From contig OZ024741.1 of NCBI GenBank assembly GCA_964016885.1, forward strand, positions 399,342,001 through 399,406,000: a stretch of 64,000 bases of DNA. Direction: 5' to 3'. A program made the position numbers and the translations under genes. The DNA comes from Eledone cirrhosa. Its lineage: Eukaryota. The notes under the pieces were generated by a model. The model searched no databases, was not told the DNA's origin, and saw only the letters and a list, made by a program, of their open reading frames with translations. Shown one piece after another: positions 1 to 12,942 of the stretch; within the stretch, counting starts at the first letter, position 1; each line of letters opens with the position of its first letter.

Positions 1-82
1 CGGTCACAAACTATCGATTAAGATTAAACCACAGCAGACTCAGAAAACTCGTCAGAGATATCGTCTTTAGCATTCTAATGGA

Positions 83-263
83 AATATATAAGCAAAAAAG
101 TAGTATATAGAGCAATATACTTGCAGATATTTGGAGAGAAGTTTACCATGCCACACCATGTTGAAAATCACATGGGAAAACTGATGGTGTAACTATGACA
201 ACGAGGACGACGACATAATATGTATTTAGTATTCAATATATTGTGTTTTCTCTGGATATATGG

Positions 264-300
<37 letters not shown>

Positions 301-527
301 CAAGTTTAAGATATATATATATAGAGAGAGAGAGAGAGAACCATATATCCAGAGAAAACACAATATATTGAATACTAAATACATATTATGTCGTCGTCCT
401 CGTTGTCATAGTTACACCATCAGTTTTCCCATGTGATTTTCAACATGGTGTGGCATGGTAAACTTCTCTCCAAATATCTGCAAGTATATTGCTCTATATA
501 CTACTTTTTTTGCTTATATATATATAT
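83..527. repeat. ~215-bp perfect inverted repeat (fold-back) with (TC)n(TA)n-CAAGTTTAAG-(TA)n(GA)n centre
   Basis: 83-300 is the reverse complement of ~311-527 (e.g. GACAACGAGGACGACGACATAAT vs ATTATGTCGTCGTCCTCGTTGTC). Confidence 0.9.
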
Positions 528-701
528 ATAGGAAAATGTTCAGGACCCCGACGGCAGAGCTCAAGCCGTTTCGACGGCTATTAACGACTTGAGCTCAGCC
601 GTCGGTGTCCTGAACATTTTCCTATTACCCACTCTACTACTCAAAGTATCGAGTACTCTGGTGCGCTATGGTCCACCTGGTTCCTTACCACACTTCCTTC
701 G

Positions 702-703
<2 letters not shown>
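528..703 (+). mobile_element. Family E short fold-back element in (TA)n carrying the 3' half of a hammerhead (other copies 14381-14576, 50478-50668, 53700-53890, 58290-58372)
   Basis: Shared core GACGGCTGAGCTCAAGCCGTTTCGACGGCTA and its reverse complement; the tail ...CCTTCGTT runs into (TA)n; five copies in the window. Confidence 0.8.
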
Positions 704-739
<36 letters not shown>

Positions 740-875
740 AATGAGTTATTTGGTTTGTTGATTATTCAACAAAGTTAATTTTACAACAGATTAGAAGCAC
801 TCAACAAGATTTATCTGGAGTATCATTAATATAAATAATATTAATAAATGGAAAATATCTTTATAAAACCATATT

Positions 876-936
876 TATTTTATTATACGTATTTCAAGGG
901 TACTAATATTTAAGTACGCTTTCGTCAGATAAAATA
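876..936 (-). ncRNA. Type I hammerhead ribozyme, family A
   Basis: Minus strand: TATTTTAT CTGACGA AAGCGTACT-taaatatt-AGTACCCTT GAAA TACGTA TA ATAAAATA. Stem I is 8 bp, stem II pairs, stem III is palindromic. Confidence 0.85.
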
Positions 937-1002
937 TAATAATTGGTGTAAAGATATCTTCATATGAACTTAATGTTATAAGTTCAGTGAGGATATCTAT
1001 AT

Positions 1003-1200
1003 ATGAATCCCTGGTTCAATCGGGAGGTGTAACCACTGTAAGGTACTCAATTAGTGGAGTGTAATCATCATGTTTAATACTGAAATGGGGTCTACAGGAA
1101 TAGAACTGTTTCATTCAAAAGAAATAATTATGAAATCTTGATGATTTCTTTTGAATGAAACAGTTGTAGTCCCGCAGAAGCAATTTCTATATTAAACATG
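1003..1200. mobile_element. Family B fold-back element with two degenerate hammerheads
   Basis: Homologous to 20415-20603; contains CTACAGGAATAGAACTGTTTCATTC and inverted TTGATGATTTCTTTTGAATGAAACAGTTGTAG; cores are mutated. Confidence 0.7.
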
Positions 1201-1267
1201 ATATATATATATATATATATATATACAATATTAAATAAATGGAAAACTATATTTATAAAACCATATC

Positions 1268-1333
1268 TATTTCATTATATATATTTCGGGGATATCATAT
1301 TAACAATATGCTATGCCTTCATCAGACAAAATA
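1268..1333 (-). ncRNA. Type I hammerhead ribozyme, family A
   Basis: Reverse-complement copy of 1548-1613. Confidence 0.75.
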
Positions 1334-1547
1334 CAATATAAACAGTTTTATAGATAAATATATTCGACATACCGTAATAAACATCAACTTCATTTGAAGA
1401 GGTTTACTCTAGCAGTAAACCTAGAGGTTACCGTAATAAACATCAACTTCATTTGAAGAGGTTTACTGCTAGAGTAAACCTCTTCAAATGAAGTTGATGT
1501 TTATTACGGTATGTCGAATATATTTATCTATAAAACTGTTTATATTG

Positions 1548-1613
1548 TATTTTGTCTGATGAAGGCATAGCATATTATTAATATGATATCCCCGAAATAT
1601 ATATAATGAAATA
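1548..1613 (+). ncRNA. Type I hammerhead ribozyme, family A
   Basis: TATTTTGT CTGATGA AGGCATAGCATAT-tatta-ATATGATATCCCC GAAA TATATA TA ATGAAATA. Stem I pairs with 2 G-U; the base of stem II is imperfect. Confidence 0.75.
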
Positions 1614-1741
1614 GATATGGTTTTATAAATATAGTTTTCCATTTATTTAATATTGTAAATATACTCCAAGTATTTGTCGAGTGCTTTTATATCAGTTATA
1701 AATATTTACTAGTTGTAACCCAACAATTTTAAATATAACTT

Positions 1742-1776
<35 letters not shown>

Positions 1777-2103
1777 AGGGTTGACGGAACCAGCATATTT
1801 ATCAATGCCAGTACCGGTTGTATCTCAGCCCACTCAATGGGCAATGTAAGATACATTACCAGAGTATACACATAGTTATTTGCCTCAACACAATACACGT
1901 AAAAAAAAAAGAAAAAAAAAAATATATATATATGTGTGTGTGTGTGTGTAAATGAAGTAATTCCGTCGGAAAAGTCCAGGAAAATCCAAATTCAATAAAC
2001 AGACCAGGATTTTTTCATTCTGATGATTGAAAGCAACAGCAACATATTTTGCTTTTAAGAAACCACTGGTAAATGGAATAATTGCCTTATGTTGTTTATT
2101 ACA

Positions 2104-2296
<193 letters not shown>

Positions 2297-4680
2297 TACA
2301 ATACAATAGGAGGGAACATAATAATAGTACCACTGAAAATGCAGTACAAGAACTCTCCCTCCCACAGCCCACAAAGGTGGTCAAAATGTACTCAATCTGT
2401 CATCTACACCTCTCACAACACACACACACACACACATACTCACCCACTCGAAACCCCATCATTTGCCGCTGCTCTCTACGCTATAGAATATGTACGGCTA
2501 GTGGCTGCAAATTCACCCATTTACCTAGGACAAAACGGTCTATCCCCACAAACAACAGCCACCACCATAATACATACTCTAATTTAACACCAACACAACC
2601 ACCAATAACTCAAACAAGGAATCGACAAATCTGCCGCTTTTCCCAGCGAGACAGATTGTGTTTACACCGGGATTGTCCCTTTTCCCATCTACCGGGGACT
2701 CGTCGGACAAATGAAAATAAAAATAAAAGCAAAAACAAAAACCATAACCTACATAAAAATAACCACTACCAGAGTCACCAACAGTCCCCTAAACAGGAAA
2801 CTTCTTCCTCTTTTTTAGCCATAATGAATCTGGCAAAAGAACTGGAAAAAACATTCGAGCTATCACCCAGCACCACCCCCCACTATCACCACACTGCACA
2901 AACTACCATTGCTGCCATTAACAAACAAACAAATTAACAACACACCAAAACAATTAAAACCATCCACTCTCCCCTCAACATTTTTGCTTAACGCCCAAGG
3001 CATCAGCCCTTCCACCAATACTCAAAAATGGAAGATCAAATTCCTGGAGGACTGGGTTGATGTCCATCCAAACCACATCCCTTTCTTCGTCCTCACTGAA
3101 ACCCATCTCAGCAACCTCCACTTGGAAGCCGAGGTGAAAGTGAAAAATTTCAAAGCCATCCGTGCTGATCGCGCTGGCAGAAGAAAGGGTGGGACAGCCA
3201 TTTATGTCCATAGCCTCTGTTGAGAAAGAATTATGGACATAAATGGCAGTCCCACCCTTTCTTCTGCTATATTTTCTAATGGATACTGCGAAGCAGTCAC
3301 TGTATTCAGTCAAACCAACAACCTAATAGTAGTTGGGCTCTATAGGCCACCCCAAACGCCTCTACCATGCTTCAAGGAATGCCTCAACAGCATAAAGTGT
3401 TTCATCCAAGAGTGTCACCCTGACAACATCTTAATGATAGGGGACTTCAACCTCCCCGGAGTTGACTGGTCCACAAACAGCCTGCCACCAGGTTCTTCTG
3501 CCTCAACCTCTGACAGGGAAGCAGTGGAATCGCTTCTTGACTTCATGGATGATTTCTTCCTGTCCTAACTGGTGCTCGAACCAACGAGGTGCCACAAAAA
3601 CGTCCTAGACTTAATTTTCAGCAATCACACTGACACTATCCACAATATTGCAGTGGAGAAAACTCTACTCTCTGATCATGACATGGTTCTCTGTGATCTG
3701 AGATTCCACCGTCCAATATACAAACCCAATGTCATCTCTCCTGTCCATCCGTTTGACGCTATGGATTTCCACAATGCAAACTGGGAAGCGATCAGTCATG
3801 ATCTTGCACATGTCGACTGGTCCTTCACGCACACTCACACACCCACTAACATCAAAAAGTCCTGGCAGACATTTGTGGACACTGTTACAAACATATGTGC
3901 AAAACACACCCCATTAAGTACTACAAACAAATCTAAGAGAAGAATCCCTAGAAATAGAAAAACGCTCATCAGGAAAATTAAGAGAACTAACAAAAAAAAT
4001 CAACAAGCTGAAATACTGTCAGCAGCAACACACCAACTTGACTGCCATTTCATCACTAGAGATTAAAAAACACAACCTCCAAAACAATATGATGTCTATC
4101 ATCAACAATCAGAGAAGAGCTGAAGAGGCTTGGGTCATTGAGAAGATCAAACTCAATCCCAAAGTATTCTTTTCATTTGCAAAAAAACACAAAATCACTG
4201 GCTCTACTATTGGCCCTCTAATTGATGAAAATGGCACTCTTCAAGACAATGCTAAAACCATGGGTGAGATACTGCAGAAACAATACTGCTCTGTTTTCAG
4301 CAATCCTGATATGGCCGATCTGGGCTGTATCGGCGATGTTACTCCCCATTACACCTTATCGGACATAACGTTTGGCGCCCCTGATGTCTTAGCGGCAATA
4401 AAGGAAATCAAGCATAATTCAGCAGTAGGTCCCGATAGGTTCCCTGCTTGTGTCTTGAAGGCGTGTCAACACCAACTTGCATCTCCTCTTGCCAATCTGT
4501 GGCGGAACTCACTGGATGCTGGATATGTGCCAGAAAACCTTCTATCCCAGTCTGTTGTCCCAGTTTTCAAAAAAGGAAACAAATCCCTTGCCGTGAATTA
4601 CCGTCCAATCTCACTCACCTCTCATATCATTAAGGTATTTGAGAGAGTGGTGAGATCGCAAATGACTCACTTCCTTGAGA
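2297..4680 (+). mobile_element. Decayed CR1/L2-type LINE: ORF1 3' part with two CCCH zinc fingers; ORF2 APE endonuclease and start of RT; 3'-truncated
   Basis: Zinc fingers [19 protein letters not shown] and CRFSQRDRLCLHRDCPFSH. APE motifs LNAQG, LTETHL, RKGGTAIYV, LYRPP, GDFNLP, LDLIFS, SDH. RT motifs GPDRFP and PVFKKGNKSLAVNYRPISLTS. Stops and frameshifts present. Confidence 0.9.
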
Positions 4681-5863
4681 GTAAACGAGAGAATAAAGAC
4701 CATCAAACCTGGTTGAAATGTGAGCAAGGAAGGAATTTCGCACAGGTCTAACGGGAGGAAGAAGGGGTCTGGTCTGCGAATTCGGTAAACATAAGTTCTG
4801 TGAAATCGTGGACGAGAGAGAAAAAATTCCGACCAGCTTGGCCGAGAATGTGAGAGAAGATCACTGATGAAGGACAAACTTTTTTCATATGTAACCCATT
4901 TTCAACTCCGCAGCGCCCTTATTATCATATTTACAGACCCCTTCTTCCTCCCGTTAGACCTGTGCGAAATTCCTTCCTTGCTCACATTTCAACCAGGTTT
5001 GATGGTCTTTATTCTCTCGTTCACGATTTCACCGAACTTAAATTCATAGAAATCTGGGACTTGTCTCCTTATTCCTCACTTTCTGTTGCCTCACCATTTT
5101 GTTTGTTTACTCTCGCGTCCCCTTTATTTACGTGTCCCAACGACTTTTTTTAGCCGTTGCTCGCACCAACCGGAGGTATATGGTCTTTAAAGCGATGAAA
5201 TGCCTATGATAGTTGGAAGATCAGTGATGAAGGACAAACTTTTTTCATATGTAACCCATTTGCAACTCCGCAGCGGCCTTATTATCATATTTACACATTT
5301 TTTTCCTCTGTTGCTACACCGTCTTTTTCGTTCTATATATCTTTACCCTTTCTAGCAGTCTCTTTCTCTGTTAGCCTCTTCCTCACCTCACCCTTCACTC
5401 ACTCATTCTCTGTCACTACCTCTCCTCCTCCTCCTCTTTCTTCCCGTTTGACCTGTGAGTAACTCTTTTCTCTCACATTCTCGGCCAAGCTGGTCGTAAT
5501 TTTTTCTCTCTCGTCCACGATTTCACAGAACTTATGTTTACCGAATTCGCAGACCAGACCCCTTCTTCCTCCCGTTAGACCTGTGCGAAATTCCTTCCTT
5601 GCTCACATTTCAACCAGGTTTGATGGTCTTTATTCTCTCGTTCACGATTTCACCGAACTTAAATTCATAGAAATCTGGGACTTGTCTCCTTATTCCTCAC
5701 TTTCTGTTGCCTCACCATTTTGTTTGTTTACTCTCGCGTCCCCTTTATTTACGTGTCCCAACGACTTTTTTTAGCCGTTGCTCGCACCAACCGGAGGTAT
5801 ATTGCCTTTAAAGCGATGAAATGCCTATGATAGTTGGAAGATCAGTGATGAAGGACAAACTTT

Positions 5864-5870
<7 letters not shown>
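4681..5870. mobile_element. Composite inverted plus partial-tandem non-coding element (family G) truncating the LINE
   Basis: 4681-4860 is the reverse complement of ~5468-5645; 4935-5250 is directly repeated at 5556-5870; ends in (TA)n; related fragment at 51440-51545. Confidence 0.8.
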
Positions 5871-5942
<72 letters not shown>

Positions 5943-6027
5943 GTTAAACATATGTTATTAAATATGTTATGATGCAACACTGAGTCCTTATTCCTTTATC
6001 CTTATAGTATATATATATATATATATA

Positions 6028-7158
6028 TTGTTATACTTGGGCAGGGTTATATTTGTGTAACAATATTGCCAGAATTAATAACAGAACACACTGTTTGGTT
6101 GGTTTTCGCTTCTGTGTCTTTTATATCGGTTAATTTAATTTATTCGGTCCTCAATGTTACAATTGACTGACCAACGGTTTGTTCTGTTATTAATTCTGCC
6201 AATATTATTACACAAATATGACCCTCCCCAAGTATAACAAGTACAGTCTAAGGATTTACAGAAACCCAAGAAGCTAGATTTAACACCTTTCTAGTGGGTC
6301 CGGGTATGATTTTACATTCATTTAAATTATTGATGTATTGTTTTATTGATATTTTTTATCTGTTTGTCCCGAATCTTCTATTATCGATTTTTTATCGTAT
6401 GGTTGATTGTAGACTTGTTCTATATGTGACGGTATTTTAACGATAGTTATAGCTCTGATTCATCTGAATTATTGAGCCCTCTGCCGCTCATTTCGAATAT
6501 TGTTTATCGTGAACTCGTGCGCCGATTTTTCGATACTCGATCTTTCTAATATTTTTAGCTCTGGACATAGCTATCCACCAGTTAATTTTATTGCTCATTT
6601 TTTGTCGATTCTATTGAGTGATGAATAGCTTTTGTTTTATTTTAACATGTCTATTGAGCACTCTTATTCGATATGTGTATTTCCACATTTCCTCGAATAG
6701 TTTTCGCGGATGTAGAGGTTATCTCCCTTGTCTAATGCCATGTGCGTTTTTCACTGGTGGTTAGCCCCTTATCCGCTAGGAAAAAAGCTCGTTGATGAAG
6801 TAAACTCCGTTCCCCTTGCTCTAGTAGGCTTTTATATTTATATGTGAGCTGATAGAGTACAGTCTAAGGATTTACAGAAACCCAAGAAGCTAGATTTAAC
6901 ACCTTTCTAGTGGGTCCGGGTATGATTTTACATTCATTTAAATTATTGATGTATTGTTTTATTGATATTTTTTATCTGTTTGTCCCGAATCTTCTATTAT
7001 CGATTTTTTATCGTATGGTTGATTGTAGACTTGTTCTATATGTGACGGTATTTTAACGATAGTTATAGCTCTGATTCATCTGAATTATTGAGACCTCTGC
7101 CGCTCATTTCGAATATTGTTTATCGTGAACTCGTGCGCCGATTTTTCGATACTCGATC

Positions 7159-7167
<9 letters not shown>
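6028..7167. mobile_element. (TA)n-flanked element with terminal inverted arm and ~310-bp direct repeat (616-bp period)
   Basis: 6028-6088 is inverted relative to 6180-6240; 6241-6551 is repeated near-identically at 6857-7167. Confidence 0.75.
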
Positions 7168-7200
<33 letters not shown>

Positions 7201-7324
7201 GCTTTGTAATACATCTAATAATTTACATTGAGCTTTTCTCTTACTGGTAATTGGGTAGTGCTTAATACTACCCTTTCATATTTATAATTATATATAACTC
7301 ATATATAAGTATAAATATTATTAT

Positions 7325-10300
7325 TCATCAGCACCAACAGCAACATCAACACCACCCCCACAATCCCCGAAACGCAAACAACCAAAACAAACACAAGTAC
7401 AAATAAACACACAAATACCTGAAATTGCAGACACCACACCTACAACAAACACAGACATACCCGAAACAACACTACCAAAACCATCACCACTACAGTCACC
7501 AAAACGAAAACAAATAAAACCACACCAACAAAATGTTAAAAAGTCCGTGCTTGTCAGAAGGGCCAACGATAAACTGATGGCCCTCTTAGCGCGAAGCGAG
7601 GACATTAAAACAGAAGGGGAGATCTTTGAAATGAGCACATTTTGCGTGCCAGAAGATTTGCTTCTGGTCCGAATGTCACTCAATTCCTTCAAAGAAATTC
7701 GGGAGAGCTTTCCTCAAGACGTGGGAACCCCGAATGTGAAACCCACATCGAGACTTTTAAAGGGGTTCCCAAAAGAAACCCCACCAACCATGGAGGTCGA
7801 ACCACAAGACCTCGGGAGGTAAGTAAACCTTCCCTCTCTCTTTTAGCTTGCCAACTTGGCCATATTAAGAGTAGGAAGTTTAAATGTTCGCGGCCTGGGG
7901 TCACCCTGGAAGCAGGGTCGCCTGCTCAACGACCTCAGGTCGCTAGAAATGGATGTGATTGCCGTCAGCGAGACCAGAATTTCCGTCACGCGCGCACTAG
8001 CCCCCATTTTCAACGACTATCAGATCTTCGCATCTGTTAGCAGGCCGGGAATGGGAGGTGGGGTGGCAGTGCTGTTTAGGAAAGGACTGGATCTCGAGGT
8101 AAGGTCGATCTTCCGGGACCCGGACGGTAAGTTGGTGGTCTTGGATGTGAGCAGTAGCGAAGGTGGTGCCTTTACACTGCTGGCCGTCTACGCCCCTACA
8201 GGGGCCGGACGACCGGACTTCTTTAGGCGCCTGGAGACCTTTCTAGGTTAGCGGGGGACTGGAATGGCATCTTAGACGTACGCTATTGTGTGGGAGTAGC
8301 TCATAGGAGCGGGGGGGTGCAAAAGCCTCAAACACCTAATCAGCCAGTTCCAACTGTCTGACAGGTATCGACTAGATTTCCCCAATGTGCTAGTATGGAC
8401 ATGGACCAACCGCATGGGGTCATCTAGATCGTCTATAGACAGGATCTTCATTAGGAAAATAGATAGAAATAGTGTGGGCTGCCCACTTTTCAAAACGGTC
8501 GCCTATTCAGATCACAAATTTGTGATCTGTATGGTCGACCTAGATAAAACGCGTAGGTTGGGATCGGGTTACTTGAAGCTGAACATGTCATTTCCGGCAC
8601 GTAAGGCTTACAGGGACCGAGTCAACAATTTAGTTAAGCAAAAGTTGACAGGGAGGATCATCAACAACAGATGGTGGGGGGGGGGGGGCTCTCAAAAGAG
8701 AGATTAGAGTAACTTCGATAGAGTTCAGCAAAGAACTAGCGTTAGAGAAAAATAGAAAGGAGGGGGAGCTGGTAATATGTTAGACAAGGCTATTTGTAGT
8801 GGCATTGCAACACGAAGGTTGCATTGTCAGAGCTAAGGTGCGTGCGCTGAGAAACGAGGGAACCAAAGCTGTTCGATGGGCCCGCGTGGCGGAGGCGCAG
8901 CGTGGTAATAAAACCACAATTCGGTCTTTGGCGGACCGAGACGGACACGAGATAAGCGATTCCAAGCGGAAGTGTGAGGCCTTTCGCCAGCACTTTGCTC
9001 GGTTGTTCGGGGGGAGCGGCGAGTCAGAGAGAGTAGCGGATTTCAGTCTCTACCTTGACGGCGTGCCGCGCATCTCGACGGTTGACGCTGAGTGCTGCAA
9101 AAGGCCGATTACTTCAGCCGAAATTCACGACGCCCTTGTCGGCTGCATGAGGCGCAAGTCACTCGGTTTGGATGGCCTGCTCTACGAGCTTTACGTAAAT
9201 ATGCCAGACTTGTTCTCCGATCTCCTCGAAGCACTCTACTGCAACTGACAGCAGAATGGGAGTATTCCCAGTTCTGTGAGCAGGGGAGTGGTGACGCTGA
9301 TGAGGAAATACGAGAACAAGAGGGATTCATTAGACAACTTCAGGCCCATAACTCTGCTCAACACAGAGTTTAAGATTTTGGCCAAGGTGTTAGCAAAGAG
9401 ATTGGCGCTTGTAGTCGAGGATTTGGTTGGGGAGGCTCAAACTTGCGCAATCCCATCCAGGTCCATACACGACAATCTCCACCTCATGCGATACATCATA
9501 GAGAGAGTAGGGTGTAAACCTGGCCTCGGTGGAGCATTGATCAATTTAGATCAATCGAAAGCATTCGATATGGTCGACCAATCGGTATCTGAAGTTTGTC
9601 CTCAAAGCGGCTGGCTTCTGCCTGCCTTCAGAAGCTGGATCGCTGCAATGCACAGCGGCACGCGCTCGGTGGTCAAGATTAATGGCCACCTCTCGGAACC
9701 ATTTCGGCTCTCCCAATCGGTCCGTCAAGGGTGCCCTCTCTCTTCCATTCTGTACGTATTGATTTCCGAGCCTTTACTGCGGAAGCTGGAGCTGTTGCAG
9801 GGCATCCCGCTCGAACCGGGACGTGGAAGGACGGTGTCGGCTTATGCGGACATCACCGTGATGGTGTCGGACACCTCAAAAATCGAGGTGGTCGGCACTT
9901 TATTGAAGGAATATGAAAGGTTGACAGGAGCCAAACTTAACCCGGAAAAGTCGGTGGGCTTGCAGCTCGGAATCTTGAGAAGCAAGCCTATGCCGTCCAA
10001 CAGTGTCGGGGGCGCTGGACGGACGGACCGGTAAAGATGCTCGGGGTTTGGTTCGGACCAGACCTCCAGGTGGAAAAGAATTGGGACGAGGTAACGAGCA
10101 GAGTAGCCAGTCTCACCCAAAAATGGGCTGGGAGGAAGCTATCACTGAAAGGTCGCGCGGAGGTGGCGAATGCGTACATCGCGTCCGTCATCTACTACCG
10201 CCTGACCGTCGTGCCTTGAGCCCGTCCGCGCCTCGTCAAGTTGGAACGGCTCCTCTTCAAATTCTTGTGGAGGGGACAAGTTCCGTTGGTGAGGCGGTCC

Positions 10301-11472
10301 ATCTGCTGCCAGCACCCTCTACGCGGAGGGCTGGGCATGCCGTGGCTAATGATGCGCAGACATGCGTTGAGGCTGCGACGTCTCCAGACATTCTGCCTAA
10401 ACGGTGAACAGGTGTGGTCGCCGTTTATCAGACGGGCCTCTCCGCAGCTCATTTCTTTGACTGAGCTGCAGTCCTGGGTCAAATAGAGACCGAGACAGGG
10501 TGACTGGCACCTGGAATGTTGCCAGGCACTCACTGCCCTCTACGAAGCGGGTAATGCGATCAGTGGAACTTCCACTCTCGAGTTCTATAGAGGATTAGTG
10601 GTGGGAAAGTGCGATGACGCACTCGGAGAAGCTTTGGGCCTCGACGAAGTGGAACTGACCAGTCTGTACCGGAGGACTTTCGAGCCGGGGACGATGGACA
10701 ATTTCCAGAAATCCCTCGCTTGGCAGTGCTACCGGGGGGGAGGGGCACTGCTGGTTCGGGATAAACTCTACCGGCACGGAAGTACTGTCAGACGGACCTG
10801 CCCAAGATGCGCACAGAACGACGAAACCGTTCTGCACGCACTTTCCAATGTCCGTGCATTACTGACTTGTGGAGTTATGTCGAACAGCTACTGTCGCGTG
10901 TGGAACGAATCCGGCTATCGGCCGAGTCCATAGTGAAGATCGACCCACCGCCTTCCTTACGTCAGGAAGAGCAGGAAATTTTCCTTTGTTTGGTGGCCGT
11001 TGCGAAAGAGGTTATATGGTGGACCAGATTAAAAGGACTGAAGACAGACACTTTTCTCTTCGGCCAATCCCTCATCAACTTCTACAAGTTTCACCTGGAA
11101 AAGAAGGTGAGGGTGGAGAGAGAAGTGCTGCCCCCCAGTACATTTGCTAAAAGATGGATGAATGTGGCGAGAATGGCCCGTGTGAATGGGCCTACTCTGA
11201 CCATGCGCCTATAGGCTAGCTAACTTGAGGAGAGGGGTGCTCTCCCTTGGTGCCCTAGAAGCGCAGGGTGGTTCAGGATTGGTGAGGTAACTGAGTCACC
11301 CCAGGGAATTTATTTTGTTATATTTATGCATAGTTTATTTTATATTTTTATATCTTCATTGTTAAATTAGTCTTGTCATTGTGCACTTTTACTCAACCTT
11401 ATTGTAAACCCCACTGTCCCTGGCTTTGTATTGTCCCCTACATGTCGGCCCTTGTGGCTAATAAATGAAATC
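7325..11472 (+). mobile_element. Tx1/L1-clade non-LTR retrotransposon, decayed ORF2 (APE-RT-CCHC finger) at ~7856-11214 with 3' UTR and AATAAA
   Basis: Motifs SLNVRGL, SETR, GGGVAVLF, VYAP, IDRIF, SDH, GLDGL, NFRPITLLNTEFKILAK, LDQSKAFD, SVRQGCPLS, AYAD(-)IT, CPRC..ETVLH..C; many stops and frameshifts; polyA signal at ~11460. Confidence 0.92.
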
Positions 11473-11481
11473 ATTATTATT

Positions 11482-11660
11482 TGGCAGTATCGGTAGAGGG
11501 TCGGATGCCATGCTTTGACGCATAGAGTTACGGCCCTTGCCATTCTGAGTTCAAATCCCGCCGGGGTTAACTTTGCCTTTCATCCTTACGGGGTCGACAA
11601 AATAAAGTACCAGTAATGCACTGGAATAATTGCTGGCCTTGTGCCAAAAGTAGAAACAAT
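11482..11660 (+). mobile_element. tRNA-derived SINE family 1 (other copies 12070-12258 +, 23145-23330 -, 39868-39975 +, 40315-40490 -, 57330-57510 +, 61965-62085 +, 62092-62280, 63915-64000 -)
   Basis: A-box-like TGGCAGTATCGGTAG, B-box GAGTTCAAATCCC, conserved central domain GCCTTTCATCCTTACGGGGTCGATAAAATAAAGTACCAG. Confidence 0.85.
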
Positions 11661-11661
11661 T

Positions 11662-11692
<31 letters not shown>

Positions 11693-11723
11693 GTATATAT
11701 ATGTATATGTATATATATATATG

Positions 11724-11775
<52 letters not shown>

Positions 11776-12268
11776 AGAGTGTGTGTTTTTGCGAGTGTGT
11801 GGGAGTAAGGGGTTTATATTTGTGTGTCAATGTGCTTGTAGACACCTGACCAAAGGCATTGTTAGCTTAAGTGAACCTTAAAAATCAGGAGTGGCACCCC
11901 CAGGGTGAACCTGTCTATAGAATTGTTTCTGCCTTTGTTACTCTAAATATAGTTTATAAAGAATTCCCTTTTCTTTAAACCCATCAACCAATGACCTCCA
12001 CCCATCCCAATCGCCACCCTCTCCTACCACCAGAAAAGATATAAATACCACCATATTATTTGGACAGTCGCCGGTGAATTGGCAGTATCGGTAGAGGGTA
12101 GGATATGCTTTCCAGCATAGTTACGTCCCTTTACGATCTGAGTTCAATTCCCGCCGAGGTTTACTTTGCCTTTCATCCTTACGGGGTCGATAAAATAAAG
12201 TACCAGTAATGTACTGGGATAATTGCTGGCCTTGTGCCAAAAGTAGAAACAATTATTTGGACAGTCGC

Positions 12269-12315
12269 CTTCCTGATGATTTTTCCCGAATGAAACAGTT
12301 CTAGTCCTGTAGAAG
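12269..12315 (+). ncRNA. Type I hammerhead ribozyme, family B
   Basis: CTTC CTGATGA TTTTTCCCGAAT GAAA CAG-ttctagtc-CTG TA GAAG; GUA cleavage triplet; stem II is weak. Confidence 0.7.
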
Positions 12316-12486
12316 CCTTTCTATATTAAATATATATATATATACTTTAGTAAGACCTCCTATGTATAGACCAGGATCTCAGCAGACTCACAACGTACCG
12401 TACCACTTGCTCGGACTCCCACTCTATGTGACTGATGTTCGATTCGTTGTGGCGTGCGATTGCTAAGTGGGCCTGGGACCACCTTG

Positions 12487-12530
<44 letters not shown>

Positions 12531-12844
12531 CAAAGAAATAAATTGAGTAAAAGCTGGAGAGTTAAAATACATTTAAACGATATATTGTAGAATAGTTGGG
12601 TTTCAACAGGATATTTCAGACACCTCAGTGTCCATGGAACGATATTCGGCGTATTTTATATATAATTATAATAATCTTTACTGATGTTGTTTTAGAAACA
12701 TGCAAGAAAAGAGATATGTATATAGAAATATATACTTTAAAAAATATTTATATAAGTACATATACATATACGTATGTATGTATATAGATATGTGTGCGCG
12801 TATGTGTACATATATTTGTGTGTGCATGTGTGTATAAGTATATG

Positions 12845-12898
<54 letters not shown>

Positions 12899-12906
12899 TA
12901 TATGCT

Positions 12907-12942
<36 letters not shown>

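Larger units (their letters stand above)
1225..1745. mobile_element. Family A fold-back element flanked by (TA)n, with two divergent hammerheads
   Basis: 1225-1422 is the reverse complement of ~1458-1657, with a short central re-duplication; (TA)n on both sides. Confidence 0.85.

Noticed and set aside
2015-2040. CTGATGA at ~2020 (also 54737 and minus 13571, 52411) as hammerheads
   Set aside because: No stem II plus GAAA plus stem III/stem I pairing can be built.
7856-11214. Active LINE or domesticated RT gene
   Set aside because: Many stops and frameshifts, and the catalytic YADD is reduced to YAD-I.
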